DNA of 64,000 bases, taken from positions 1-64,000 of the IMG/VR virus record IMGVR_UViG_3300037780_000050; one strand, written 5' to 3'. The notes under the pieces are model-generated. The model was given only the letters and a program-made list of their open reading frames with translations, was not told where the DNA came from and made no database searches. Positions 8,627-18,614 of the stretch are shown piece by piece (position 1 is the first letter of the stretch; every line of letters starts with the position of its first letter). The position numbers and the translations under genes are program-made. The stretch comes from a virus (lineage: Duplodnaviria > Caudoviricetes).

Positions 8627-10312
8627 ATGGACGGATACCCCGCAGACGACGTGCTGTCGCTGGCGCATGGTGACCCCTTGTCTCCATGCGACCCTGAGCC
8701 CAAGCTGTATCAGGGCATGGGCGAGGAGATGGGCGTCACGCTGGATCTCCCGTTCTCCAACCTGTTGAAGGAGGCCGACGGCAAGCGTCACTACGAGGTC
8801 TTCAACCCCGAGCCGATCACCATCGAGCGGTTGGTCAACATGCGCCGCAGTGACGCTCAGGTCCGGGCACTGATGCGCATGGTGACCCTGCCGGTCCGGG
8901 CTGCGCTGCGCGATCACCACGTCCATGCCGATCAGGGCGGCGAGGCCGAGGCCGAGTTCGTCAAGAACATGCTCAATCTCCCTGCTCCCGCGGGTGGGAT
9001 GGTCACGCCTTTCCGTCAGGTGATCAACCAGGCGCTGTTGGCGATCGTGGACGGCTTCGCCGCATTCGAGCTGGTCTACAAGATGCCGACCGACGGACCG
9101 CTGGCTGGCAAGTACACGCTGCACAAGATCGCACGACGCCCGCCCCACACGGTCACCTTCACCACCAACGAGCAGGGCGAGTTCTGCGGCATCCGCCAGC
9201 GCACCACGCTGCACGGTCGGACCATCGATGCCCACATCCCGAAGGGCAACGTGTTCTACTTCGCCGCCCAGGAGGAGGAGAACCCCATGTACGGGGTGAG
9301 CTACTTCCTCCCGGCGTATTGGCACCACGACAAGAAGATCAAGCTCTACTACCTGATGCATCTCGCTGCGCAGATGTATGCCGTTCCCGGTCGGGTCGGC
9401 AAGGAGCCACCGAACGCTTCCAAGCAGCAGAAGGATGCCTTCTTCCGGGCTCTCAAGGACTACGGACTCGGTGGAGCGATGCGGCTGCCGATGGGTTTCG
9501 AGTTCGAGGAGTTCCAGCGCAAGGTCGATCTCTCGCAGTTCATCGCCGCCATCAACCACCACAACACGATGATGTCCAAGTCCGTGCTCGCCCAGGAGGC
9601 GCTGGATCAGGGCGAGCGAGAGAGCACCCCCTTCATCAGCAACTCCAGCGACGCTGCTGACATCTTCATGCAGCAGGTCGCCACGATCATGGAGGATCTC
9701 GAATCCAAGATCAACGAGCTGCTCATTCCGAAGTTCATCGATTGGAACTTCGGGACGACCAAGTACCCCCGCTGGGAGTTCGCCGATCTCTCCAGCGAGC
9801 AGCGCGACGTCATCCACGAGATGTTCGGCGCGTTGGCCACCAGCCCGAGTGTCAACGTCACCCCCGACTTCGTGTTCGAGCTGGAGCGCTCCGTCGCCAC
9901 CGAGTTGGGGATGGGCGATTTGGACTACGAGGGCCAGCTCAAGCGGGAGTTCCAAGAGCGCAAGCAGATGGAGCTGGACAAGGACAAGGCCCAGTTGGAG
10001 CAGGCCGAGGCCATGGCCGAACAGGCCGAGAACAAGGCCAAGAACCCGATGCCGTCTCCCGGCATTGGTGGTCCTGGCGGGGGCGGTCCGGGTGCGGCCA
10101 CGCCGGGCGGTCCCGGGCGCAATCCTCTCGATGAGCCCGGCATCGAGGCTCGGCGGGGCAAGTTGCCCCCCGGGCGCGCCGGAGAGCGGGTCAAGCGCGA
10201 CGCCAAGGCGTCGCTCAGTGCTGAGCAGACACCATCTCTCGACACCATCGGCCCGCCCGTGCTGCTCAGTGACGTGGCGCGCCGGTTGATGGAGCGGTAC
10301 GGCGTCGAGTAG
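8627..10312 (+). CDS. portal protein (DUF935/Mu gp29-like)
   Basis: position after TerL, size, NPMYGVSY and LIPKFIDWNF motifs; Gly/Pro-rich tail. Confidence 0.85.
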   Translation: MDGYPADDVLSLAHGDPLSPCDPEPKLYQGMGEEMGVTLDLPFSNLLKEADGKRHYEVFNPEPITIERLVNMRRSDAQVRALMRMVTLPVRAALRDHHVHADQGGEAEAEFVKNMLNLPAPAGGMVTPFRQVINQALLAIVDGFAAFELVYKMPTDGPLAGKYTLHKIARRPPHTVTFTTNEQGEFCGIRQRTTLHGRTIDAHIPKGNVFYFAAQEEENPMYGVSYFLPAYWHHDKKIKLYYLMHLAAQMYAVPGRVGKEPPNASKQQKDAFFRALKDYGLGGAMRLPMGFEFEEFQRKVDLSQFIAAINHHNTMMSKSVLAQEALDQGERESTPFISNSSDAADIFMQQVATIMEDLESKINELLIPKFIDWNFGTTKYPRWEFADLSSEQRDVIHEMFGALATSPSVNVTPDFVFELERSVATELGMGDLDYEGQLKREFQERKQMELDKDKAQLEQAEAMAEQAENKAKNPMPSPGIGGPGGGGPGAATPGGPGRNPLDEPGIEARRGKLPPGRAGERVKRDAKASLSAEQTPSLDTIGPPVLLSDVARRLMERYGVE

Positions 10313-10316
10313 CGCC

Positions 10317-11489
10317 ATGGCGATCGCAGAGATTGACCCCGAGGACGCCGCGCTGCTGATCGGGCTCGCCAGCGGCGGGTTCGGCGATGTCATGGACATG
10401 GTGACGGCCAACCAGGCTGGTCTGCGAGCCATCGAGACCGGGGCCGCGGCCAAGGCCCGGGCTGCGTACTCCGAGGCCATCGATCAGTGGTTGGACTACG
10501 TGGCCACCATCGTGGAGAACAACCCCGGCCGGGACTTCGCCCAGATCATCGGACGCAGCGATGTGCAGACCCTGCTCAGTGGTGTGGTGAACGTCGCCAG
10601 CAATCAGGTGCGGGAGATCGTGGGCGAGGCGTGGGACGCAGGGGGAGCGCTCGGCGCCGCGCACGCCATCGCCGAGTTGAAGGCCATGGGGCTCCCGGTC
10701 CCCGACATCAGCCCCAGCGTCTTCCAGAGTGGATATCTGGACAGCGTGCTGGGGGACATGGACATGCGGGCCACCGAGGCCATCGGACGCATCCTGGCCG
10801 CTGCCGAGGAGGGCTTCGACAGCGTGGAGTTGGACGTGAGTGACGCCGCGAACACCAACGTGCGCCAGCGCTTCGCTCGCCAGCGCGCCGCCGCGCTGCG
10901 AGCCCAGTCCATGCGGGAGGCGTCCAAGCTCGGCAACAGCGCTTCTGCGGGCGCCAGCGTCGTGGCGAACCGTTCCTACTCCGAGGCCCAGATCGAGGCG
11001 TACGTGGGCTCCCAGGCGGCTCTGGAGGTCGATGGGCAGGGCAACCGCCGCATCCGCAAGGTGTGGGTCACCGCGTTCCGCCCCACGACGTGCGGGACGT
11101 GCGCCAGCCTGCACGGCACGGTGGTCGACATCGAGGTCCAGTTCGACCACGCCCAGACCTTCGCCCCCAAAGCACCGCGGGTGTACTCCGATCTCCAGGC
11201 CCCGCCGCGGCATCCGAATTGTGGGTGCCGGTTGGTGCCCTTCGTGGAGGGTGAGAGTGGTGAGATCGATCCCGAGGCGATGCGGGCCTACGGCAAGGAG
11301 TGGGCCGAGACCCATGAGGGGATGGCTCCGGCCACGTTCCCGAAGGAGACCCCGGAGTTCTCATCTGTTGCCAACGACACCGCGTTCATGACCAGCGCCG
11401 ACGTGAAGGCCATGTCCGACGGTCAGTTCGAGGCCAGCATCGACCAGTTCTTGCAGTGCGTGTTCTTCCGGTTCGGCGGTCCGTCGTGA
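10317..11489 (+). CDS. MuF/SPP1 gp7-like head morphogenesis protein
   Basis: KVWVT...TCGTCASLHG...PPRHPNCGCRL signature. Confidence 0.85.
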   Translation: MAIAEIDPEDAALLIGLASGGFGDVMDMVTANQAGLRAIETGAAAKARAAYSEAIDQWLDYVATIVENNPGRDFAQIIGRSDVQTLLSGVVNVASNQVREIVGEAWDAGGALGAAHAIAELKAMGLPVPDISPSVFQSGYLDSVLGDMDMRATEAIGRILAAAEEGFDSVELDVSDAANTNVRQRFARQRAAALRAQSMREASKLGNSASAGASVVANRSYSEAQIEAYVGSQAALEVDGQGNRRIRKVWVTAFRPTTCGTCASLHGTVVDIEVQFDHAQTFAPKAPRVYSDLQAPPRHPNCGCRLVPFVEGESGEIDPEAMRAYGKEWAETHEGMAPATFPKETPEFSSVANDTAFMTSADVKAMSDGQFEASIDQFLQCVFFRFGGPS

Positions 11490-11695
11490 TCGTCAAGGCC
11501 ACCGACGAGCGTCAGATGGCCGCGGTGATGGTCGCGGTGTTGGAGTTCGCTCGCTCCGAGCCTGAGGAGTTCGTGTTCGGCCCGTTCAACCGCAAGCAGT
11601 TGATGGAGACTGGTCTGGTCGCAGAGGGTGACATCGATCGGCTGCGAGACCACATCGAGTCGCAGTTCCCGGCGATCGAGATCTCCGATGGCTGA
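11486..11695 (+). CDS. hypothetical protein
   Basis: GTGA overlap with MuF; overlaps the next start. Confidence 0.65.
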   Translation: MIVKATDERQMAAVMVAVLEFARSEPEEFVFGPFNRKQLMETGLVAEGDIDRLRDHIESQFPAIEISDG

Positions 11696-14600
11696 CTGTT
11701 TCGCTGATCTCAAAGCCAACCTCACCGACGACGAGGGCGCGCTCGCCTATGTCGCAGATTCCACCATGTGGTTGAAGGGCAAGACCGCGGGCTTCGACAA
11801 CAGCCAGCTCTGGGAGTGGCTCGCCGACCCCGACGCCAAGTCCACGATCGCCACCTTCATCGACCAGTTCATCGAGGCCCAGAAGACCCCCGGGCTGGGC
11901 AAGAGCGCCAAGGACAATCTGGGCCGTCAGCGCAAGCGCTTCACCGTGATCCAGAACCTCCAGACGCTGCTCACCGAGGGGCCGTCGCTCGACGCCGACA
12001 CCATCGATGAGCTGTGGGACTTCGTGGTCACCAACGGGTCCAAGAAGACCTTCTTCCCGAAGGACTTCCCGTTCCAGACCGACGAGGAGTTCCTGGCCAA
12101 GGGCGCCGAGTTCGTCCAGGCGCTCAAGACACCGCAGTTGGTCACCCAGATCCCCGCTCAGACCCTCCCAGGAGGCTCTGTGACGGTCTCGGTGGCCCAG
12201 GTGCAGGAAGCCATCGACGCGGTGTCCAGCCACGGCCAGAACCACGTCAAGAAGGCGCTGGCGAGCCTTGGTGATGACCACCCTCTCAGTGAGCTGGACT
12301 ACCACGCCGTCACCGAGCTGTTCCACGGCGGGCCGAAGCCCAAGGGCGTCACCACCAAGCAGTCGGTGATCGATTGGCTGGAGTCCCAGAAGGACGCGGC
12401 CACTCCGGGCGTGCCTGAGATCCCGACAGCGCCACTCAAGCCCAACGTGGTGATCTCGTCGCCTACGCCCGACGTGGTGCCAGACATCCCCACCACACCC
12501 AAGGCCCCGATCGTCCCCGACGTGCCGGAGCCCCCGAAGCCGGACATCCCGGTCAAGATCGGTCCCGAGACACCGAAGACCCCACCGGAGCCGGTCTTCA
12601 CCACCAGCCAGGTCCAGATCGAGGTCACCGACGGAACCCACCCCAAGCTGTTCTTGCAGGATCAGGACGGCGGGCAGTGGATGTTCAAGTGGTTCAGCCG
12701 CAGCGGTGAGGAGTTCCGCAGCGATGTGGAGCACTACGCCCATGAGGCCGGTCAGTTGTTCGGCTTCGACATGGCCGACTCTCGTCTGATCGATTGGGGA
12801 GGCCACTACGGCCAGGTGCAGAAGCTGTGGGACGGCTCGGACTTGACCGGCGTCAGCCTGCGAGATCTCAGCGCTGATCAGTGGGACCAGCTCGCCCAAC
12901 ACCATCTGTTGGACTGGTTGCTCGACAACGACGACAGTCACGCAGCGAACATCTTCCAGCTCGCCCACGACGGATCGATCGTCGGTATCGACAAGGGCCG
13001 CGCCTTCGCCCACTTCGGTACGGGGCGTCACCAGCTCAAGCTCGGCAGCATGAGCCGCCAGAACCACGTGGTGTACGAGGACTTGTACCGGCTGCTGCAC
13101 AGCACCAGCGCTGGACGGGACAAGCTCGATGAGATCTACCGCTCGGTGATGGCGCGGGCCAAGGCCATGGAGGCGGTGGATGACGACGCGTACCGGGAGG
13201 TGTTGGAGAAGTTGCTGGCCGGGCGTACCAACTACTCCACGACATCCGCAGCCAACCGGGATCAGCTCATCGGTCAGATCATCGATCGCAAGAACAGCCT
13301 CGCCGACGACTTCGACCGGTTCTACGATCAGGTGTACCAGCGAGCTGGTCTGGCGAAGCCCAAGCTGCGTGAGGTGGATGTGCGAGATCCCCTCCCCGAG
13401 GTGCGGCGCGCCGGAGGTCCCCCGAAGACGGCCAAGGCCAAGGCGTGGAGCGGCTACAGCGACGACTACTTCGAGGCCGTGATCCAGTCCAGGGCTCATG
13501 GCCAGGCCACGTTCTGGGGTGGCAAGGACGCAGCCAAGATCCGCAACCAGCAGGAGTTCCTGTGGTGGGAGCGTGACCGCAGCGTGTCCAGCGGTGTCCG
13601 TTTGCGGGGCGAGATGAAGCTCCGCGCTGACGGCGATGCCGACATGATGCAGTTCCTGGCGCGCTACACCGACACCAGCGCTCCCACCACCGGGGCGGTG
13701 AGGACTCCTCTCGATGAGGTGTGGGACCACGACAAGCGCTTCGGCGAGATGGTGGAGGCAGCCAAGACGATCAACCACCACGTCAACGACGGCGCCTACA
13801 ACCCCAACCGCATCGCCACGCTGCCCGACATCCGCAGGGAGTTGGAAGATCTTCGCAGTCGGGCGTTCACCGACAAGAGCGACGAGTGGCGTGCCGCGCT
13901 GCACGAGCAGATCCGTGGGTACATCGGCGATCTGGATGTGCTCGAAGAAGCGATGCGCACCCAGACAGCGCTGCCGTACCACATCAACAAGCGCATCGTG
14001 GAGGTGGTGCACCCGAAGTCGAGCGCTGTGCCGCCAGCCAGGTACACCGTGCGCAGGTTGGACGAGATTCCCCACGATGCCCGCAGCGCCACGATGGGTA
14101 GCTATGACTCCGATGAGGGTCTCGCTGATGTGGTCGGCAATGGTGACAAGTCTCATGGCCGCATGTTCGAGATCGAGGTCAGCGACAACGTGACCGTCAC
14201 CTACGTTCCCTACGGAACGAATCTCGACACCTACCGCAACAACGACATCATCATGAGCGCCCAGGGAAGGCTTCGCTTCACGGTCAAGGAATACACCGGC
14301 CCCGACGACTTGAAGGTGTGGCGTAAGTTCTTGGATGACGCTGGGTTCACCCTCAGTCCCGCCCAGGACACCGACTTGGAGCTGATGTATTGGCGCATGT
14401 TCTACGAGACCGCCAACCAGTTCAAGACCAGCCCCAAGTGGCGCGCCGCACTACGTGAGCGAGATGCATGGCGCAAGCGTGATCCCGATCCGACTCCCGA
14501 GGAGGAGATCGCGTTCCTCAGAGGCAATCTGGTCGATGCCGGTGTGCTCGATTCGTCCCAGGTGCGTGCAGTGGCTGCCGACAGGAAGTGGGCTCCGCGT

Positions 14601-15272
14601 TACCACCGCCAGGACGTGTTCAATCCTGACGCAGAGAACGGCAGGGCGTGGTGGGAGCGTCCTGACTTCGATGTCGACGCTGTTGATCGTGAGTTGACGC
14701 ACTGGCCGTCCAGTTTGTGGACGGCTCGGGATGGGACGACCATCAACGAGGCTTTGCGGTCTGGTGGGATGCTCTCGACCGAGGAGCGGCTCCGCAAGCT
14801 CCACAAGGTGTCGACCCCGCCAGGCAAGACGATGAGTGCGGCTGATGATCAGCTTTCTGGTGGAGCCAACTACGTGTTTACCAGGCTCAATATTCATCCA
14901 AATGGCGGTCATGAAGTTTGGTACAACCCAAGTGTTGTTGGTCGCATGTCTTCGTATGCCTTTGGTGGTGACAGTTATGGACGGGTCAAAGGTAGAGAAA
15001 GTGAGTCGTTCAACTTCTTCGACTGGCTCAGCAACTTTGGCAGCGGCAACGAGCTGATGCCGAGAGATGTGGTCACGTTGCTCGATGAGATCGAGTTGGT
15101 GGTATTCCCCACCGCCAGTGAGCGGGACAGTTTCCTCAAATGGATCAGATCGTCTGGTGTCACTCGTATTCGTGGAGTACCAGTAGAAGACCGGTTCATC
15201 ACGCGCCGGTCCGATGTTGAAGGTGCGCTGCGCAAGGTTCAGGAGGCGTGGCGCAGAAGGAGAGGACGATGA
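11688..15272 (+). CDS. large multidomain protein: N-terminal domain, Pro-rich linker, PI3/4-kinase/HipA-like kinase domain, possible C-terminal ADP-ribosyltransferase-like domain
   Basis: GTHPK..WMFK..E..DWLLDNDDSHAANI..IDKGRAF; C-terminal ALRSGGMLS..GGANYVFTR..GNELM. Confidence 0.8.
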   Translation: MADCFADLKANLTDDEGALAYVADSTMWLKGKTAGFDNSQLWEWLADPDAKSTIATFIDQFIEAQKTPGLGKSAKDNLGRQRKRFTVIQNLQTLLTEGPSLDADTIDELWDFVVTNGSKKTFFPKDFPFQTDEEFLAKGAEFVQALKTPQLVTQIPAQTLPGGSVTVSVAQVQEAIDAVSSHGQNHVKKALASLGDDHPLSELDYHAVTELFHGGPKPKGVTTKQSVIDWLESQKDAATPGVPEIPTAPLKPNVVISSPTPDVVPDIPTTPKAPIVPDVPEPPKPDIPVKIGPETPKTPPEPVFTTSQVQIEVTDGTHPKLFLQDQDGGQWMFKWFSRSGEEFRSDVEHYAHEAGQLFGFDMADSRLIDWGGHYGQVQKLWDGSDLTGVSLRDLSADQWDQLAQHHLLDWLLDNDDSHAANIFQLAHDGSIVGIDKGRAFAHFGTGRHQLKLGSMSRQNHVVYEDLYRLLHSTSAGRDKLDEIYRSVMARAKAMEAVDDDAYREVLEKLLAGRTNYSTTSAANRDQLIGQIIDRKNSLADDFDRFYDQVYQRAGLAKPKLREVDVRDPLPEVRRAGGPPKTAKAKAWSGYSDDYFEAVIQSRAHGQATFWGGKDAAKIRNQQEFLWWERDRSVSSGVRLRGEMKLRADGDADMMQFLARYTDTSAPTTGAVRTPLDEVWDHDKRFGEMVEAAKTINHHVNDGAYNPNRIATLPDIRRELEDLRSRAFTDKSDEWRAALHEQIRGYIGDLDVLEEAMRTQTALPYHINKRIVEVVHPKSSAVPPARYTVRRLDEIPHDARSATMGSYDSDEGLADVVGNGDKSHGRMFEIEVSDNVTVTYVPYGTNLDTYRNNDIIMSAQGRLRFTVKEYTGPDDLKVWRKFLDDAGFTLSPAQDTDLELMYWRMFYETANQFKTSPKWRAALRERDAWRKRDPDPTPEEEIAFLRGNLVDAGVLDSSQVRAVAADRKWAPRYHRQDVFNPDAENGRAWWERPDFDVDAVDRELTHWPSSLWTARDGTTINEALRSGGMLSTEERLRKLHKVSTPPGKTMSAADDQLSGGANYVFTRLNIHPNGGHEVWYNPSVVGRMSSYAFGGDSYGRVKGRESESFNFFDWLSNFGSGNELMPRDVVTLLDEIELVVFPTASERDSFLKWIRSSGVTRIRGVPVEDRFITRRSDVEGALRKVQEAWRRRRGR

Positions 15273-15613
15273 ACGCCCAGGAGTTCGCAGAGCAGGCTGA
15301 GGAGCGGTTGGCCGCGCTCACCGAGTGGTTGGGTTCTCAGCCCTACCGGGCGTGGGTGGAGGACGAGCGCACGGTCGCGCTCACGGGTGGGGTCCAGGGG
15401 TTGATGTACGTCAGCGTGAGCGCCATGACCGACGACACCACCACGGTGGACATCTTCAATGACGGTGGTCCTCCCCGCAGCATCGTGTTCGATTGGCCGT
15501 GGTTGCAGCTCCCGCCGTCGCGCTACAAGCCCAACGCCGTTCGCTCCCGGGAGCGGGAGATGGAGTGGGACTTCCCGGTCACCGTGGTACTCGGGACGCA
15601 GGTCGAGCGATGA
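15269..15613 (+). CDS. hypothetical protein
   Basis: ATGA-coupled to the large gene; GAGG RBS. Confidence 0.7.
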   Translation: MNAQEFAEQAEERLAALTEWLGSQPYRAWVEDERTVALTGGVQGLMYVSVSAMTDDTTTVDIFNDGGPPRSIVFDWPWLQLPPSRYKPNAVRSREREMEWDFPVTVVLGTQVER

Positions 15614-15951
15614 CGCTGTGGGCGGTGCACCACCACCCTCAGACGCTGGTGCCGGTCGGGGTGTGGACCGATGTCGGCTCGGATGAAGGAGGCTTCGGGT
15701 ATGCCGTGGCCTACTCCGACCAGTATCAATCGATGGCCGAGGTGGCTCAGTTGGTGATGGCGCAGCGTGGTGCTGGAGTGCAATGGGGTGAGTGGGTCGC
15801 GGCCTTGACCTACATGACCCAACCTAAGGCTGTCTGGTCGTCGTGGGTAGCGCCTTCGTCAGCTTCCCCACTCGATGTCATCAACGCTGTCATCGACAGT
15901 CATGACGCGTCCATGCAACAGAAGCGCAAGCTCGCCATCGAGGGGTTGTGA
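15610..15951 (+). CDS. hypothetical protein
   Basis: ATGA-coupled (MTLWAVHHH...). Confidence 0.7.
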   Translation: MTLWAVHHHPQTLVPVGVWTDVGSDEGGFGYAVAYSDQYQSMAEVAQLVMAQRGAGVQWGEWVAALTYMTQPKAVWSSWVAPSSASPLDVINAVIDSHDASMQQKRKLAIEGL

Positions 15952-15969
15952 CGCTTCATCTGCCGATGA
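15945..15969 (+). promoter_or_regulatory. candidate late promoter GTTG-N10-TCTGCCGAT
   Basis: same motif and spacing at 19177; GCCGAT resembles the sigma28 -10. Confidence 0.45.
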
Positions 15970-15976
15970 ATCGCAC

Positions 15977-17080
15977 ATGGCAACAGGTCGCTTTCTCGCA
16001 CCGGGGGTACGTGGCGCCAGCTTCGTAGCCTTGGGCCGCTCCCGCCAGGGTCGGTTGTTCCGCAAGCAGATTCTCCACCGCGGCACGCTCCGTCACCCGA
16101 CCACGGGTGACGAGATCGTCGTGGATGACGCGTTCCTCAGCCGGGTCGTGGAGAACTTCAACAACAACGTGTGCGACATCGTGCAGGTTCCGTTGGCCAA
16201 CGATGCCAACGAGCATGTGGAGGATCCCGACCGCAACATCGGTGAGGTCATCGGTGTGGAGGCCGGAGAGGGCGGTCTCTACGCGCTCATCGATGCTCGT
16301 TCCGAGGAGCACGCCGACAAGCTCGGACGCACCCTGTTGGGTGCCAGTGCTCTGATGCATCTCAACTACACCGATTCCTCCACTGGGGAGGCCGTCGGTC
16401 CCACCCTGCTGCATGTCGCGGTCACCAACCGTCCTTACGTGACCGAGTTGGAAGGGTTCGAGGAGATCTTGGCGGCAACGGCCGATGGTTCAGGGGAAGA
16501 AGCTGCGGTGTTCGTGGCATCCGACGCAGAAGGAGACGATTCGAGCATGGATCTGGACAAGATCAAGGCTCTGTTGAAGGATGAGCACGAGATCGATCTC
16601 GATGCGCTGCTCGATTCCAACACCACCGAGCCCACCGAGGAGCAGGTCGCCGCAGCCGCCAAGAAGATCTTGGAAGACGCTGGCGTTGCCCTTTCCAACA
16701 CCAGCGCCGACGCTTCCAGCGTCAGCGATGCGCTCAAGCTGGAGCTGACCAAGCGTGACACCGCCATCGAGGCGCTCACCGGCACGGTCGAGGCGCTCCA
16801 GCTCAGCCAGACCCAGGCTCGGGTGGATGGTCTCGTCGCGACCGGTCACGTCCTTCCCGCCCAGCGGGACGCGATGATCCAGCTCGCTCGTACCGACGAG
16901 AAGCTGTTCGAGAGCCTCATCCCCGAGAAGCCTCTGGTGCAGCTCACCAGCCCGGCCCAGGGCGTCGATCTCCCCGACAAGGACACGGACACCGTGGAGT
17001 TGTCCGGCTCCGATCTCGATGCCGAGATCGCTCGTCTCATGAACGAGCAGTCCGACTACTTCAAGACCAAGGAGGGCTGA
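15977..17080 (+). CDS. prohead protease/scaffold (Mu I-like)
   Basis: HVAVTNRPYV motif, coiled-coil C-terminal half, upstream of decoration and capsid genes. Confidence 0.8.
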   Translation: MATGRFLAPGVRGASFVALGRSRQGRLFRKQILHRGTLRHPTTGDEIVVDDAFLSRVVENFNNNVCDIVQVPLANDANEHVEDPDRNIGEVIGVEAGEGGLYALIDARSEEHADKLGRTLLGASALMHLNYTDSSTGEAVGPTLLHVAVTNRPYVTELEGFEEILAATADGSGEEAAVFVASDAEGDDSSMDLDKIKALLKDEHEIDLDALLDSNTTEPTEEQVAAAAKKILEDAGVALSNTSADASSVSDALKLELTKRDTAIEALTGTVEALQLSQTQARVDGLVATGHVLPAQRDAMIQLARTDEKLFESLIPEKPLVQLTSPAQGVDLPDKDTDTVELSGSDLDAEIARLMNEQSDYFKTKEG

Positions 17081-17083
17081 TCC

Positions 17084-17482
17084 ATGTCCATCAACGAGCA
17101 GCTCGGCAACGAAGTTCCGGTTCCCGGTTTCACCGAGGGCGCCTATCTCGATGACTACGAGATCATGGCGTCGATGAAGGGTGGCTTCACCCAGATCGGT
17201 GTCACCATCGCCAGCGGGCAGGGAATCCTCCCGGCAGGCACTGTGCTCGGCGAGGTCACCGCGACCGGCAAGTTCGCCGTGTACGACAACGGCGCCAGCG
17301 ATGGCACCGAGGTCGCTCGCGGTGTTCTCCGCAAGCGAGTCGACACCACCGACGGTGACGTGCTCGGCAATCTCGTCATCAGCGGCATCGTGTACAACTC
17401 GAAGTTGAGCGGGATGGACGCCAACGCCATCACCGATCTCAACGGCCGTGCCGACACCGTGACCGATCGATTCCGGTTCTGA
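17084..17482 (+). CDS. head decoration protein (lambda gpD-like)
   Basis: GTVLGEVTATGKFAVYD..ASDG motif; position. Confidence 0.85.
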   Translation: MSINEQLGNEVPVPGFTEGAYLDDYEIMASMKGGFTQIGVTIASGQGILPAGTVLGEVTATGKFAVYDNGASDGTEVARGVLRKRVDTTDGDVLGNLVISGIVYNSKLSGMDANAITDLNGRADTVTDRFRF

Positions 17483-17496
17483 GGAGGATCTGAACC

Positions 17497-18492
17497 ATGC
17501 CCGACATCAGTCTTCTCCAGCCGACCGTCCTTCGGGGCGTTGTCGAGAAGTTCACGGCTCCCGAGAGCCTCATCATGCTCAACCGTCTGCCCCGGCAGCC
17601 GTGGCCCTACCCCACCATGTCGTGGGACATCATCCAGGGCAGCCGCATGGTGGCCAAGCCCAACGTGCCCAACAGCGAGGCCCACATCGTGCCCCGCCTC
17701 GGACGCGGGCGTGCCAGCGCTTCGTTCATCTACCTTCGTGAGAAGAAGGTGTTCGAGCCCACGACCCTCCACTGGATCAGGGAGCCCGGCCAGATCGCCC
17801 GGACCAACGCCGAGGCGGCGGTCATGCGTGAGGTCAACGATCTGAACCAGCGGTTCGACAACTACGCCGAACGCCAGATCTGGCAGGCGCTCACTGGCAC
17901 GATCACGATCTCCACGCTGGAAGTCAACGCCACGGTCAACTATCAGTTCGCCGGGTCCCACCTCCCCACCGTGGGCACTTCGTGGGCGACGGCGACTCCG
18001 CAGCAGATCGTGGCCAACATCCGCACGTGGAAGCGTCTCGTCGCTCGTGACGGTCGCGTTCCGGCGCGGGAGGCGTTCTGCACCGAGGTGTCGATGTCCC
18101 GCATCTTCGAGAGCTTCACCGCCGACGCAGACGCCGCGTCGCTGCTCTCGGACCGGATGAAGGACTCGTACTACCAGACCGGCATGATCCCCGGTTTCAT
18201 GGGGCTCAACTGGACGGTCACCGAGTCCATCTACGACGACGACAACGGCACCGACACCCTGTTCGTGCCAGACGACACCCTGTTCCTGGGGAACTTCACG
18301 GACAACCGGCCGATCTACTTGGCCGAGGGTCCGACCGCCGACGACGACGCTCCCAGTGGCTTCACCGGCAAGTTCGCCAAGACTTGGAAGGAGCCGGACC
18401 CCTCGGGTCGTCAGTACCTTCTGGAGTGGAACATGCTTCCGGTCATCGAGCGCCCGGAGCAGTTCGTCTACGTCGCTGATCTGACGCCGTAG
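17497..18492 (+). CDS. major capsid protein (lambda gpE-like)
   Basis: 331 aa after the decoration gene, EPDPSG motif, followed by a strong terminator. Confidence 0.88.
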   Translation: MPDISLLQPTVLRGVVEKFTAPESLIMLNRLPRQPWPYPTMSWDIIQGSRMVAKPNVPNSEAHIVPRLGRGRASASFIYLREKKVFEPTTLHWIREPGQIARTNAEAAVMREVNDLNQRFDNYAERQIWQALTGTITISTLEVNATVNYQFAGSHLPTVGTSWATATPQQIVANIRTWKRLVARDGRVPAREAFCTEVSMSRIFESFTADADAASLLSDRMKDSYYQTGMIPGFMGLNWTVTESIYDDDNGTDTLFVPDDTLFLGNFTDNRPIYLAEGPTADDDAPSGFTGKFAKTWKEPDPSGRQYLLEWNMLPVIERPEQFVYVADLTP

Positions 18493-18520
18493 TAGATCAC
18501 CCCTCCCCCACGGGGCGTAG

Positions 18521-18558
18521 CCAGTCAGCGGGAATCCTTCGGGGTTCCCGCTGATTGG
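18521..18558 (+). terminator. intrinsic terminator with TTCG loop
   Basis: CCAGTCAGCGGGAATCC-ttcg-GGGGTTCCCGCTGATTGG then TGTTT. Confidence 0.85.
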
Positions 18559-18614
18559 TGTTTGGGGTGTAGGGTGCTGGCTCGCAAGCTACGCCCCCTT
18601 CGAGGAGATGCCAG

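Noticed and set aside
8615-10480. 621-aa minus-strand ORF
   Set aside because: Antisense shadow of the portal gene caused by high-GC codon bias; no motifs
11586-14156. 856-aa minus-strand ORF
   Set aside because: Shadow of the kinase-like gene; no independent signals
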